Position numbers and translations under genes: made by a program. This document shows positions 8,652 through 18,436 of a stretch of 64,000 nucleotides of DNA, in pieces (within the stretch, counting starts at the first letter, position 1; each line of letters starts with the position of its first letter). This stretch comes from an uncultured Verrucomicrobiae bacterium (GTDB lineage: Bacteria; Verrucomicrobiota; Verrucomicrobiia; Chthoniobacterales; JAFAMB01). The stretch spans positions 4,576,001 to 4,640,000 of the forward strand of contig CAWIPH010000002.1 in the NCBI GenBank assembly GCA_963837955.1, read 5' to 3'. The notes under the pieces were generated by a model. The model was given only the letters and a program-made list of their open reading frames with translations, was not told where the DNA came from and did no database searches.

Positions 8652-9889
8652 AATTCGAACTCAAAATGCCGGATCTGTCGACGACCGGTTCGCCCATCAA
8701 GGTACTCCGCTGGCTAGTGGTGGTTGGTGAATTCGTCGAGCGCGGTCAGGCTGTACTCGAAGTCGAGACGGATAAAGCGACGATGGAGGTGGAAGCGCTC
8801 AACTCTGGTAAGCTTCTGGAACAGAGGGTGCCGGCCGGGCAGGAAACCTACGCTGGTGAAGTGCTTGCCATCATCGGCGAAGCGTCGGCACGGAGCACTG
8901 CGAGAACGAGCGCGTCCGAGCCAAACGAAGGGCCCTATGATCGCGACCTCTTGCTTCGTCTCTACCAGCGGATGCTCTTGATTCGGCAATTTGAGGATCG
9001 AGTTAAATCGCTTTTTCTCGAAGGCATCATGCCAGGTACCATCCACCAGTGTCAGGGGCAGGAAGCCACCGCGGTAGGAGTTTGTGCCGCGCTCAAAGAG
9101 AATGATTTTATTACCTCCACTTTCCGCGGTCACGGGCACGCTTTGGCCAAGGGACTTACGGTTCAAGAAATGTTAGACGAGCTTTTCGGAGCGGTCACCG
9201 GTTGTTGCAAAGGGAAGGGAGGCTCCATGCACATGGGCAATTTGGACAAGGGAATGATTCCCGGAATCGCGATTGTTGCTGGAGGGATCCCGGTCGCTAC
9301 CGGAATGGCTCTCGCCTTTAAAATGCGGAAAACGCAACAGGTTGTTGCCTGTTTCTTTGGTGACGGAGGCGTGGCCGAAGGCGCGTTCCATGAGGCTGTG
9401 AATATGGCAGCTCTCTGGAGTCTGCCGGTATTGTTTGTCTGCGAGAACAACTTGTACGGTGCTTCCACCCGCATTGATCAGGTCATGAAAAACACGACCA
9501 TTTCGGGTCGAGCGACCAGTTATGGTTTCCGCGGCGAGACTGTTGACGGCAACGATCTGCTAGCGGTCTACGAAGCGGCTGTGCGAGCAGTAGAGGAATG
9601 CCGGACTGACCAGGGGCCGGTATTGCTCGAGCTATTGACCTATCGTCGGACTGGACACTCGCGTCGCGATCCCTGCCATTACCAACCGAAGGAGGAGCGT
9701 GCGGCCTGGTCTGCTAACGACCCGATTGTCCGTTTTGCGCAAGTGCTGTTGGCCAGCGGTAAAGTTGATCAGGCCGACCTCGATCACATTCGAGAAGAAA
9801 TTGATTACGAGATCGAGTCGGCGGTCGAGCAGGCAAAAACAGCTCCACAACCGGCTCTTGATGATCTGCTCACCGACGTTTACGCCTGA
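8648..9889 (+). CDS. lipoyl domain fused to 2-oxoacid/acetoin dehydrogenase E1 alpha subunit
   Basis: N-terminal EVETDKA lipoyl motif; GQEA, GKGGSMH, GDG...ENN ThDP motif, YR..GHS. Confidence 0.92.
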   Translation: MKFELKMPDLSTTGSPIKVLRWLVVVGEFVERGQAVLEVETDKATMEVEALNSGKLLEQRVPAGQETYAGEVLAIIGEASARSTARTSASEPNEGPYDRDLLLRLYQRMLLIRQFEDRVKSLFLEGIMPGTIHQCQGQEATAVGVCAALKENDFITSTFRGHGHALAKGLTVQEMLDELFGAVTGCCKGKGGSMHMGNLDKGMIPGIAIVAGGIPVATGMALAFKMRKTQQVVACFFGDGGVAEGAFHEAVNMAALWSLPVLFVCENNLYGASTRIDQVMKNTTISGRATSYGFRGETVDGNDLLAVYEAAVRAVEECRTDQGPVLLELLTYRRTGHSRRDPCHYQPKEERAAWSANDPIVRFAQVLLASGKVDQADLDHIREEIDYEIESAVEQAKTAPQPALDDLLTDVYA

Positions 9890-9907
9890 GAAGGGCCTCC
9901 CCAAAAC

Positions 9908-10945
9908 ATGAAACGACAAGCAATCGCTGAGGCTCTGCGTGATGGCATTGCCGAAGAAATGGAAAGAGATGAGACCGTCTTCTGTATCGGTGAAGATATC
10001 GCTGTGCCGGGTGGCTGGGGCGGCGCGTTTACCGTTACTCTCGGCCTCGAAAAAAGGTTTCCCGATCGGATGATTAACACGCCGATCGCTGAGCTTGGTT
10101 TCTTTGGAGTAGCGGTGGGTGCAGCCATGATGGGAATGAGGCCCATCGCCGATGTGCAGTATGGCGATTTTCTCTTTCTGGCGAGTGATCAGATCATCAA
10201 TAACGCGGCCAAAATGCGGTACATGTCGGGGGGCAGTTGCCAGGTGCCACTAGTGATGCGAGCGCCCGTAGGTGCTACGGGTCGGGGTTCTCAACATGCT
10301 CAAAACATGGAACGCTATTTCACCGGCGTTCCAGGGTTAAAAGTTGTGGCCGTGTCCAACGCCTACGATGCAAAAGGGATTCTAAAATCGGCCGTACGCG
10401 ACAACAATCCGGTTCTGATTTTTGAACACAAGCTGCTTTACGGTTCGAAGGGAGCACGAGTGGAATCGGGCGCGGTGGATGCCACCAGTGAAATTCCAGA
10501 CCGCGACTATGTCGTTCCGCTGGACCGCGCCGCGGTCCGCCGTTCCGGATCGGATATCACGATTTTATCCTGGTTGCTAATGCTGCACTCAGGCCTGGGT
10601 GCAGCTCAACAGTTGGCCAACGAGGGCGTGGATGTAGAAGTCATCGATGTTCGGAGCCTCGCGCCCATCGACTATCAGACCATTGGCGATTCGGTAAAAA
10701 AGACTGGCCGTGTCGTGATCGTTGAAGAAGGTCCAAAAACCGGCGGAGTGAGTGCAGAGATCGCCGCCGGTATCCAGGAGCGATTCGGCCAATATCTCAA
10801 AGCGCCGATCGCAAGAGTCGCGTCGCCAGATGTACCGGTACCATTCTCACCGATTCTTGAAAACGCTTATCGCCCCAGTGTCACCCAGATTGCGCAAGCT
10901 GTGCGCGCTGCAGTTAAGCCTCACGCAAAGATGGAGCCAGAATGA
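9908..10945 (+). CDS. 2-oxoacid/acetoin dehydrogenase E1 beta subunit
   Basis: GEDI, NTPIAE, QHAQ, PGLKVV, FEHK, EVIDVRSLAP. Confidence 0.93.
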   Translation: MKRQAIAEALRDGIAEEMERDETVFCIGEDIAVPGGWGGAFTVTLGLEKRFPDRMINTPIAELGFFGVAVGAAMMGMRPIADVQYGDFLFLASDQIINNAAKMRYMSGGSCQVPLVMRAPVGATGRGSQHAQNMERYFTGVPGLKVVAVSNAYDAKGILKSAVRDNNPVLIFEHKLLYGSKGARVESGAVDATSEIPDRDYVVPLDRAAVRRSGSDITILSWLLMLHSGLGAAQQLANEGVDVEVIDVRSLAPIDYQTIGDSVKKTGRVVIVEEGPKTGGVSAEIAAGIQERFGQYLKAPIARVASPDVPVPFSPILENAYRPSVTQIAQAVRAAVKPHAKMEPE

Positions 10946-11001
10946 TCTCACGCAAAGACGTAGCCGATAGCCAATAGCAAATAGCAAATAGGAATGGCCC
11001 G

Positions 11002-11910
11002 TCAGAGCGTGATGAGTTTCAATCCGATCGTTACATCATCGTGAACGAGGTGTTTGCCCAGTTTTTCGTAAAACTTCCCCGAGCCATAGAGGACATTCCA
11101 TTGAGTCCGATCGATGTCGAAATGCGCTTCGGCGGCTAGCCAGCCATCAGGCGTCATCGCGATCACGGCCTGAAACAAGATCTCGCGACTGACGCCCTTT
11201 ATGATCAGTTCTCCTGACACGTCAGAATTTGGATTACCGGCCGCTGCGTCTTCAATCGGACTGATCCGGGCGATTCTGAACTCCGCAGTCGGAAAGCGTT
11301 GGACGTCGAAGAAATCATCCGATGCCAGATGGCCGTGGAGTAAGCTGCGCATGTCCGAATCCTCAATGTCTTTGTCAGTGATCGACTGCATATCGATCGT
11401 AAAGACACCACGGATCGCGCGGCCGTTTTTCACCTCAATAGTTCCCTGCAGCAGCTTCAACGTGCCGGTATGCGAGCCGGTAAGGTTTCGGCCAGTCCAC
11501 CGAATTTCGCTTTGCAGAGTATCGATCGCGTGGCTGCCTTCGCGGAGTTCTTTCTGTTTTTCTTCTCGACGATTTCCCTCCACGGAAAATCCCGCGTCAC
11601 GCCAATCCTCGATGCCGCCGCGATAGTCATATACTTGGAGATAGCCCGCGGTTAGCAGCTTTTCCGCGGCAGTAGTGGATGCCAGATTTTTCGGCCCCGA
11701 ACCGTAGAGTATGATTGGAGTGTCCTTGTCGGGTACAAGCTCACGCATTTGGTCCAAAAATGTAACGTTGTAAACGCAGTCATTTACTGCACCCGGAAGA
11801 TGCACCTCCTCGTAGAATTCTGCGGGAAGGACATCCACGAGCAAAAATGCTCGTTTCTCGTCGAGCTTAGCCTTGATTTCATGCCGGCTAATCAGTTGGG
11901 CGGCTTTCAT
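11002..11910 (-). CDS. rhodanese-like domain fused to YceI domain
   Basis: LVDV...HLPGA...GGIEDW rhodanese; W.G...H.G, HL.S.DFFDV..FP, IDRT.W YceI. Confidence 0.88.
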   Translation of the reverse strand: MKAAQLISRHEIKAKLDEKRAFLLVDVLPAEFYEEVHLPGAVNDCVYNVTFLDQMRELVPDKDTPIILYGSGPKNLASTTAAEKLLTAGYLQVYDYRGGIEDWRDAGFSVEGNRREEKQKELREGSHAIDTLQSEIRWTGRNLTGSHTGTLKLLQGTIEVKNGRAIRGVFTIDMQSITDKDIEDSDMRSLLHGHLASDDFFDVQRFPTAEFRIARISPIEDAAAGNPNSDVSGELIIKGVSREILFQAVIAMTPDGWLAAEAHFDIDRTQWNVLYGSGKFYEKLGKHLVHDDVTIGLKLITL

Positions 11911-12157
11911 TCGGATCGCAATCGTATATCATCAGGAGTGTATTGGAGAAGTTATGGGGCAGGTCGACAATTTCAATACCTCAATGAAGTGAGCCGAGAA
12001 CGCCGGGAACGAGGTTACGGTAGACGAGAGCATTGTGCCGGAAAAACAGTTGAACAGGAGGAAACGGAGGAAACAGAGAAGACTAAGCCGGACGCCTGCC
12101 GAAGTAGAGCAAATGAACCTGGAGCAGACTCGCCTGACCAAATTTGACGGGCAGGTT

Positions 12158-12477
12158 TTCAGCGGCGAAGCCGCGATTCAAGATAGCCTAGCCTGCAGGG
12201 TTAGGAACAGGCATGTATGATGGGCCAGCGCTGAAAGCGCGGCTCAGTTGAACTTGGAGCGGGCATTTTGACGATGGTTCGTACAGGCATTTGGCGCTCC
12301 TGGATTCGGTGTTTGCGACGCGCCTTCAGCACTAGGACCGCTATTTTATTCTTGTTCCTAGGGCTTCGCCCCGGGCTTCGCCCTAGGCTATCTTGAAGCG
12401 CGGCTTCCGACTTCGCAAATCCTTCACTGGCAATTCGAATTATCACCATGGGCTTCGTCGGACGCGTCGCCGCTGAA
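12158..12477. mobile_element. REPIN/MITE-like palindromic element, copy 1 (interrupted by mini element 12408-12468)
   Basis: Near-identical to 13598-13853; long terminal inverted repeats. Confidence 0.75.
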
Positions 12478-12566
12478 TCCCTTCATCGGGAATTCGAATT
12501 ATCACCACAGGCTGCGTCGGCCAAGGATCGCATCGAACAAGTCAGAGCGGACCGCTTTTTTTGTTT

Positions 12567-12680
12567 ACCCAGGGTTCCGCAAGGCCTCCACCCTGGGCTG
12601 AGTCGTCTAACGCCTTCCGACTTCGCGAAGCATTAGCCATGTTTCGAAGATCGGAGGAAGCTTCGTCGGACAAGTCGGCG
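12567..12680. repeat. REP-like palindrome carrying a mini-element insertion (12618-12676)
   Basis: Compared with the empty copy at 775-828. Confidence 0.7.
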
Positions 12681-12877
12681 TGGGAAACCGAAGTTCGCAT
12701 CTCGAAGTTTGAATTTGGAACGCATCGTGATGCTCTGTGATCTTCTGTGAGAGAAATAGCCGCGAAAAAGAACAAAGGGAACGCAAAAGACCAGGAGATG
12801 ATTTGAAATGGGTCTTTGTGCTCTTCGCGTTCTTTGTGGCCAATTCTCTCTCTCGCGCTCCTATAGAACGTGGCAGT

Positions 12878-13354
12878 CTAATTGGGCGTCGAGCTTGCGC
12901 CAGGCGCGGGCGCGACCCCTGATGGTGCTACAGTGCCCTGGAACTGCGTTATGCCTGCCAATATCAGACCCGACGTTTCAGGGGTTTCGATAACTCCGAA
13001 CGCGTTCTCAATGGGGCGCTTGCTAAGAAATTTGGTGAGGGTCCAAAGGTCCTTCGCGATTCCAGGAACCCGGATCAATGACATACCTGATGTTGCGTCT
13101 TCTTGGATCACCTTCACAATATCTCCCTGCAGTAGGCAGTAGGCTCGTTGGTTTTTAATCAATTGGAGCCCCGTGTCGGTGTCGTGGCTCTTCGCTATCC
13201 GCCACAGATCCTCTTTAGAAACGCAAGCGTACGGGCCATCGACCGTTACCCAGCGATATCCTTGAGCGACCAGATCATCATAATTGGCAGTCCACCCAGT
13301 TGAAGCGAACTGAACGATGAAAGCGGATACGGAGAGTATTTTCAGCACTTTCAT
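12878..13354 (-). CDS. hypothetical exported protein
   Basis: Signal peptide from ATG 13354; GYRWVTVDGPYAC; low-complexity P/A/S tail. Confidence 0.75.
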   Translation of the reverse strand: MKVLKILSVSAFIVQFASTGWTANYDDLVAQGYRWVTVDGPYACVSKEDLWRIAKSHDTDTGLQLIKNQRAYCLLQGDIVKVIQEDATSGMSLIRVPGIAKDLWTLTKFLSKRPIENAFGVIETPETSGLILAGITQFQGTVAPSGVAPAPGASSTPN

Positions 13355-13597
13355 AGTTCTCTTTCCGGCCACTAAACGGTGAGGGTCGCGTCTCAAATTC
13401 AAGCAAGGGAACACTCAGATGGGCTTCGCTTGGAGCGTGCGATCGCTTTTCAAACGATCGCTGGTTCGCCGCACCGCATCTACTGACCGCCGGATAAGTC
13501 AGATATCCAACCACTTCTTTCGACCCAGCATAGACTCATCCAAAAGATAGCGCCGGGAATGCCGGGAACGCCGACAGCGCCGACAGCGCCGGGAAAC

Positions 13598-13853
13598 GGA
13601 GCCAGCGGCGAAGCCGCGATTCAGGATAGCCTAGCCTGCAGGGCTAGGAACAGGCATGTATGATGGACAGCGCTGAAAGCGCGGCTCAGTTGAATTCGGA
13701 GCGATGCGGGCATTTTGACGATGGTCGTACAAACATTTGACGCTCCTGGATTCGGTGTTTGTCACGCGCCTTCAGCGCTAGGACCGTTCTTTTATTCTTG
13801 TTCCTAGCCCTGCAGGCTAGGCTATCCTGAATCGCGGCTTCGCCGCTGGCTCC
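13598..13853. mobile_element. 256-bp REPIN/MITE-like palindromic element, copy 2
   Basis: ~55-bp essentially perfect TIR (GGAGCCAGCGGCGAAGCCGCGATTCAGGATAGCCTAGCCTGCAGGGCTAGGAACA); internal IR AGCGCTGAAAGCGCG / CGCGCCTTCAGCGCT. Confidence 0.8.
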
Positions 13854-14032
13854 CTTCACCGGCAATTCTAATTATCACCACAGGCTTCGTCGGACAAGCC
13901 GGCGTGGGGAGCGGGCTCGTCGGACAAGTCGGCGTACCCCCCACCCTTCCGTTTCCTCCGTGGCTCCTGTCAGACTCTTGGGTCTTAGCGTGAGCTACAG
14001 CCAGAAACAGATCGCACCGTCATCTAGCGGGT

Positions 14033-15160
14033 TCAGCGAATGACCTGTTCAGTTTCCGGGTCGAAGAGGGCCACTTTATCCAGGTTGAGCTGGACGGTCA
14101 CTTTTTCGTTCGTGTGGAAAAGATGTTCGCCAAGAATTCGGGCGATCACGTAGCCTGTGCCTGACTTCAGGTACACCAGCGACTCCGAACCCATCGGTTC
14201 AGCGATTTCAACAGTCATAGTGACCGGTGTGCTGGAGCCCTCCTTCGGGACATTACTGATATTCTCAGGACGAATGCCGAACACGATTTCTTTACCGACG
14301 TACTTGCTCGCGACGTTTTCGAGAGGCCCTTTGAGAGGAAATGTCAAAACGTCCTTCTCGCCGTTTTCCGCAAAATGGAGGCTACCGTTGCGCTGCTGCA
14401 CCTTGCCCTTAAGCAGGTTCATCGGCGGACTACCAATGAAGCTGGCGACAAAGAGATTGTCCGGCCGAAGATAAAGTGTCAGCGGATCAGCCACCTGCAT
14501 GATGACGCCATCTCGCATGACGCAAATGCGGTCACCCATGGTCATCGCTTCGACTTGGTCGTGGGTAACGTAGATCATTGTCGTACCCAGTTCACTGTGT
14601 AACCGGGAGATCTCCGAGCGCATCTGAACCCGCATTTTGGCGTCCAGGTTGGACAGCGGTTCGTCGAAAAGGAACACCTTAGGGTTGCGTACGATGGCGC
14701 GCCCCAGAGCAACACGCTGCCGCTGACCGCCGGAAAGAGCGTGCGGTTTGCGGTCCATCATGTGGTCGAGTTGGAGAGCTTTGGCGGTTCGGCCGACGAT
14801 GTCCGAAATGAATTGCTTGGTTTTTTTGGCTACTTCAAGGGCGTATGCCATATTTTTAAAGATCGTGAAATGGGGATAAAGCGCGTAGCTCTGGAAGACC
14901 ATCGCTATTCCCCGATCTTTGGGCTCGAGATGGTTTACTACCTGTCCTGCGATCGAAATCGTCCCGCTGGTAACTCTTTCGAGCCCGGCGATCATCCGGA
15001 GTGTCGTCGATTTTCCGCAACCGGAAGGCCCGACGAGCACCATAAACTCGCCGTCCCCGATATCTAGGTTGATATTTTTGACCGCGGTAAACGTTGGGCG
15101 TCCGCGATCGTCTAGATAGGTCTTCACCAAATCTTTAATTTGTACGGGAGCTTCGCTCAT
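14033..15160 (-). CDS. sugar ABC transporter ATP-binding protein (MalK/UgpC/MsmK family)
   Basis: [31 protein letters not shown]-terminal TOBE region. Confidence 0.95.
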   Translation of the reverse strand: MSEAPVQIKDLVKTYLDDRGRPTFTAVKNINLDIGDGEFMVLVGPSGCGKSTTLRMIAGLERVTSGTISIAGQVVNHLEPKDRGIAMVFQSYALYPHFTIFKNMAYALEVAKKTKQFISDIVGRTAKALQLDHMMDRKPHALSGGQRQRVALGRAIVRNPKVFLFDEPLSNLDAKMRVQMRSEISRLHSELGTTMIYVTHDQVEAMTMGDRICVMRDGVIMQVADPLTLYLRPDNLFVASFIGSPPMNLLKGKVQQRNGSLHFAENGEKDVLTFPLKGPLENVASKYVGKEIVFGIRPENISNVPKEGSSTPVTMTVEIAEPMGSESLVYLKSGTGYVIARILGEHLFHTNEKVTVQLNLDKVALFDPETEQVIR

Positions 15161-15192
15161 GACTTTATGTTTTGGGGGGTTATCGAGGCGGT

Positions 15193-15326
15193 AATCTCAG
15201 GCCAAGCGAAACGCATGACAAATAGCAAATAGCAGATCGCAGATTGCAATTGAAGTCCCGATTTTCCACTAGGACAGCCTCATTTGCTATCTGCTATTTG
15301 CCATGCGCTTCGCCTGGCCTGAGATT
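15193..15326. repeat. 134-bp palindrome built from TAGCAAA/TAGCAGA heptamers
   Basis: AATCTCAGGCCAAGCGAAACGCATGACAAATAGC... / ...GCTATTTGCCATGCGCTTCGCCTGGCCTGAGATT. Confidence 0.8.
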
Positions 15327-15335
15327 CTGACTTAT

Positions 15336-16373
15336 ATGCAAGAAGCACTTGTCCTGGAGCGGAAAGGTGAACTCGCTCTGAGAAAGATCGAGTTACCCGA
15401 AAAGCTTGGTCCGCACGACGTCAAAATCGCTATTCAGACCGTCGGGATCTGTGGCAGCGACGTCCATTATTATGAGTACGGCAAAATCGGCCCGTTTGTG
15501 GTCAATGCGCCAATGGTACTCGGACACGAAGCGGCCGGCATCGTCCTGGAGGTTGGAGAACAGGTAAAACATCTCAAGAAAGGCGATCGCGTTTGCATGG
15601 AACCGGGCATCCCCGATCCAAACAGCCGCGCGGCGCGCCTCGGTATTTACAATCTCGATCCAGCGGTTCGTTTTTGGGCGACACCGCCCGTTCACGGCTG
15701 TTTGACCGGCACCGTAATTCATCCTGCTGCCTATACTTTCAAGCTGCCGGACAATGTTTCCTTTGGCGAGGGCGCAATGGTCGAACCGCTCGCAGTTGGA
15801 ATGCATGCCGCGGTGAAAGCGAAAATCAAGCCGGGCGATCTCGCGGTCGTAATGGGAGCTGGTCCGATTGGTATGGTGACAGCGCTAGCGGCTTTAGCCG
15901 GTGGCTGCAGCCAAGTAATCATTACCGATGTTCAGGAACCTAAACTAGAATTAGCGAAAACGCTTGGAGCCATCGTTCCAGTCAATATCGCAAAACAGAA
16001 TCTTCGCCAGGTGATTGATGAAATGACCGATGGATGGGGCGCAGATATTGTGTTTGAGGCTTCCGGACATCCAGCAGCCATCGGCAAGGTTCATGAGCCG
16101 TTGTGTCCGGGCGGACGGATAATTTTCATCGGAATGCCCGTCAATCCCGTTCCGATCGATCTCGTTGGGTTACAGGCGAAGGAAGCATCCATCGAGACCA
16201 TCTTCCGTTACGCTCATGTCTATCCCCGTGCGTTGGCGCTGATGGGCTCGGGAAAGATCAACCTGAAGCCCCTGATCAGCCGGACATTTGATTTCCAGGA
16301 TAGCGTGAATGCATTCAATTTTGCATTGAAGATGCCCGCGGACTGCGTAAAGGCGCAGATTCGCGTCGCGTAG
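15336..16373 (+). CDS. Zn-dependent NAD+ polyol dehydrogenase (xylitol/sorbitol dehydrogenase-like)
   Basis: [21 protein letters not shown]. Start ATG 15336 (the upstream ATG lies in the repeat). Confidence 0.92.
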   Translation: MQEALVLERKGELALRKIELPEKLGPHDVKIAIQTVGICGSDVHYYEYGKIGPFVVNAPMVLGHEAAGIVLEVGEQVKHLKKGDRVCMEPGIPDPNSRAARLGIYNLDPAVRFWATPPVHGCLTGTVIHPAAYTFKLPDNVSFGEGAMVEPLAVGMHAAVKAKIKPGDLAVVMGAGPIGMVTALAALAGGCSQVIITDVQEPKLELAKTLGAIVPVNIAKQNLRQVIDEMTDGWGADIVFEASGHPAAIGKVHEPLCPGGRIIFIGMPVNPVPIDLVGLQAKEASIETIFRYAHVYPRALALMGSGKINLKPLISRTFDFQDSVNAFNFALKMPADCVKAQIRVA

Positions 16374-16381
16374 GAAGAAAA

Positions 16382-16957
16382 ATCTCACGCAAAGACGCTA
16401 AGACGCAAAGGAGGGGAAGTGATTGGTGAATTGGTGATTGGTGAACGGTCAGCAGTGAGCGGAAACGAGCAGAAGAGCAGTAAATAGCCGCAAAAGCAGA
16501 CTTCGCCAAGATTCCAAGTTCGCTGACTTTTTTCTTAGACTTGCAACTACAGCAAAAGCTTCGTCGGCCAAGGAACACAAAGAGCACAGAGAATTCCACC
16601 GCTCGGGCGAGTCCTCGCCGGCTCGGCTGAGCTCGGTCGAACGCTCAGGTCAACCAACCTTTGCTTCCTTTGCTACCTTCTGTTCAAAAAGTCTTCCGTG
16701 GTCTTTCCGATCTTCTGTGAAGCAAGAGAGGAGCTAGGATTTAGTATTTAGGATCCAGGAGACGGTAGTCGGGCTTGACGTGATTTCTGCGCAACTGTCC
16801 CACCGTAGCTCGCAGACCACCCTTTCGCTTTTCAAACTACGGCGTGTCCGTGGTTGCTGAATTCCGCCAGCTCGGCAAGCCCTACCGTGGGCTGTGTTCC
16901 GTCCACCAATCACCAATCACTTCCTCTTCTTTGCGTCTTGGCGTCTTTGCGTGAGAT
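16382..16957. repeat. 576-bp repeat mosaic bounded by ~60-bp inverted repeats
   Basis: ATCTCACGCAAAGACGCYAAGACGCAAAG.AG.GGAAGTGATTGGTGA at both ends in inverted orientation. Confidence 0.75.
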
Positions 16958-16998
16958 CTCCTTCCGTTCACCCTTCGCGTGAAATGTAATAGCCCTGG

Positions 16999-18096
16999 TC
17001 AGTTGAGCGCGGCAATCTGCTGCAGGATGCTCGTGCCAACTGGTCCTGGATCCATGCCGTCGCAGTTCAGGAGCAACGCGATGCCCATCGCCGGCGACAC
17101 TATCTGGCCGTTCGCCATTACCTGCCGCACGATTCCCACCCAACCCGAACATCCACCGCGGCTGGTCGCACCGTCTTTAGCGATGATGGTTGGAACCGAG
17201 GCATCCTGGTCGAAAATTTGCCAAGCTAAACCCATATCGAAATCGCAGTAGCTGCGATTCGGTTTTTGGGGCTTCGGTAATTGGACGTTCGTGGCCATGA
17301 CTAGCGCTTGCTGCAGAACACTGGGACTCGATGCCAAAGGCGCCGTCAAATTGGCTTCCATCCATGTGTACATGTCGGCGGCCGTACTCTTAATATCCGA
17401 CGCATCTTGGATGTTTTTGGTGGTACCATTCGCCATGTGACCCGTCGCAATCAGCTTGGCGGGTACATAATCAGGAATTGTTAAGCATGTGCTCGACAGC
17501 TGAGGATTGGTTTGTGAGGTGATCCAGTCCTCAAGGAGAACAGTGTAACCGGGTGTGAAACTCTTGTTGTTCTCTATGGCTACCACCGCGAAGCCCAAGG
17601 TAACGAACCCGACGTTTGAGTAGACCCAGGAGCCTTCGGTTTTGTTAAAATTGTCCGGATTCGACCACCAGCTCACCAGATCCTGCGACGGAGGCTGGTC
17701 CGTAAATAGATTGTCTGACGACTGGCCGCCACCTTCCTTCGGCATGCCGGAGGTTTGCGTCGCCAGCTCCAAAAGGCTCATGGTTTTCGAAGCAACACCG
17801 GGCAACCAGGTTTGGACCAAGGCGTTTCCTAAGTCTCCGACTTTCCCTAGACAATATAGATAGGCCAAGAGGGAGGCAGTAAACGTCTTAGTGATTGAAC
17901 CGACGCAAACGATCGTTTGCTCGGACATCGACGCGCTTGGGTTCGCCTGACCAAGGTAGTAGTAGGGCGAGACCTGCGAGTTAGCCGGATAATAAAAAGC
18001 CGCCGAGATTCCGCTGCCGGCCGGCATATTTTTGTACAGGCTAGCAACACCTGTGTTAATGATAGCTTCGATTTGGGACGGACTTGGGGTAGCCAT
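16999..18096 (-). CDS. serine hydrolase, beta-lactamase class C-like family
   Basis: SITK, LLELATQTSGMP, YSN, KDG; likely start ATG 18096. Confidence 0.85.
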   Translation of the reverse strand: MATPSPSQIEAIINTGVASLYKNMPAGSGISAAFYYPANSQVSPYYYLGQANPSASMSEQTIVCVGSITKTFTASLLAYLYCLGKVGDLGNALVQTWLPGVASKTMSLLELATQTSGMPKEGGGQSSDNLFTDQPPSQDLVSWWSNPDNFNKTEGSWVYSNVGFVTLGFAVVAIENNKSFTPGYTVLLEDWITSQTNPQLSSTCLTIPDYVPAKLIATGHMANGTTKNIQDASDIKSTAADMYTWMEANLTAPLASSPSVLQQALVMATNVQLPKPQKPNRSYCDFDMGLAWQIFDQDASVPTIIAKDGATSRGGCSGWVGIVRQVMANGQIVSPAMGIALLLNCDGMDPGPVGTSILQQIAALN

Positions 18097-18436
18097 GATT
18101 ACATCCTTGATGTGCGATTGATGATGATCGGAGGGAAAATCGAGACGCTCGTTTCGAGCAGCGAACCAGGGTCCTCGGTTCAAAGGCGTTTGTACCATTT
18201 CTGCCGGGAAAGCACCAATCGATTATGAAGGATGTGATAATTCTGGATATTATTAGAATCGATAGGCCTGGGCAGATGGGAGCTAGGGACTTCGGATTTA
18301 GGATCCAGGAGATGGGAGCCGGCCGGACTAACCGGAGACAGGAGCTAAAGAGGCAGAGTTAGAAGTCAGAATTGAGAACGGCGACGGAGCCCTCTGTCGG
18401 CTGGTCAAATCTGGAAACTCAGTTATTCTCTCGGCC

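Noticed and set aside
11932..12993. Many 60-80-aa ORFs in the repeat island
   Set aside because: They are translations of palindromic repeats with no protein-like signal
16315..16916. ORFs 16315-16599 and 16734-16916
   Set aside because: They lie within the repeat mosaic
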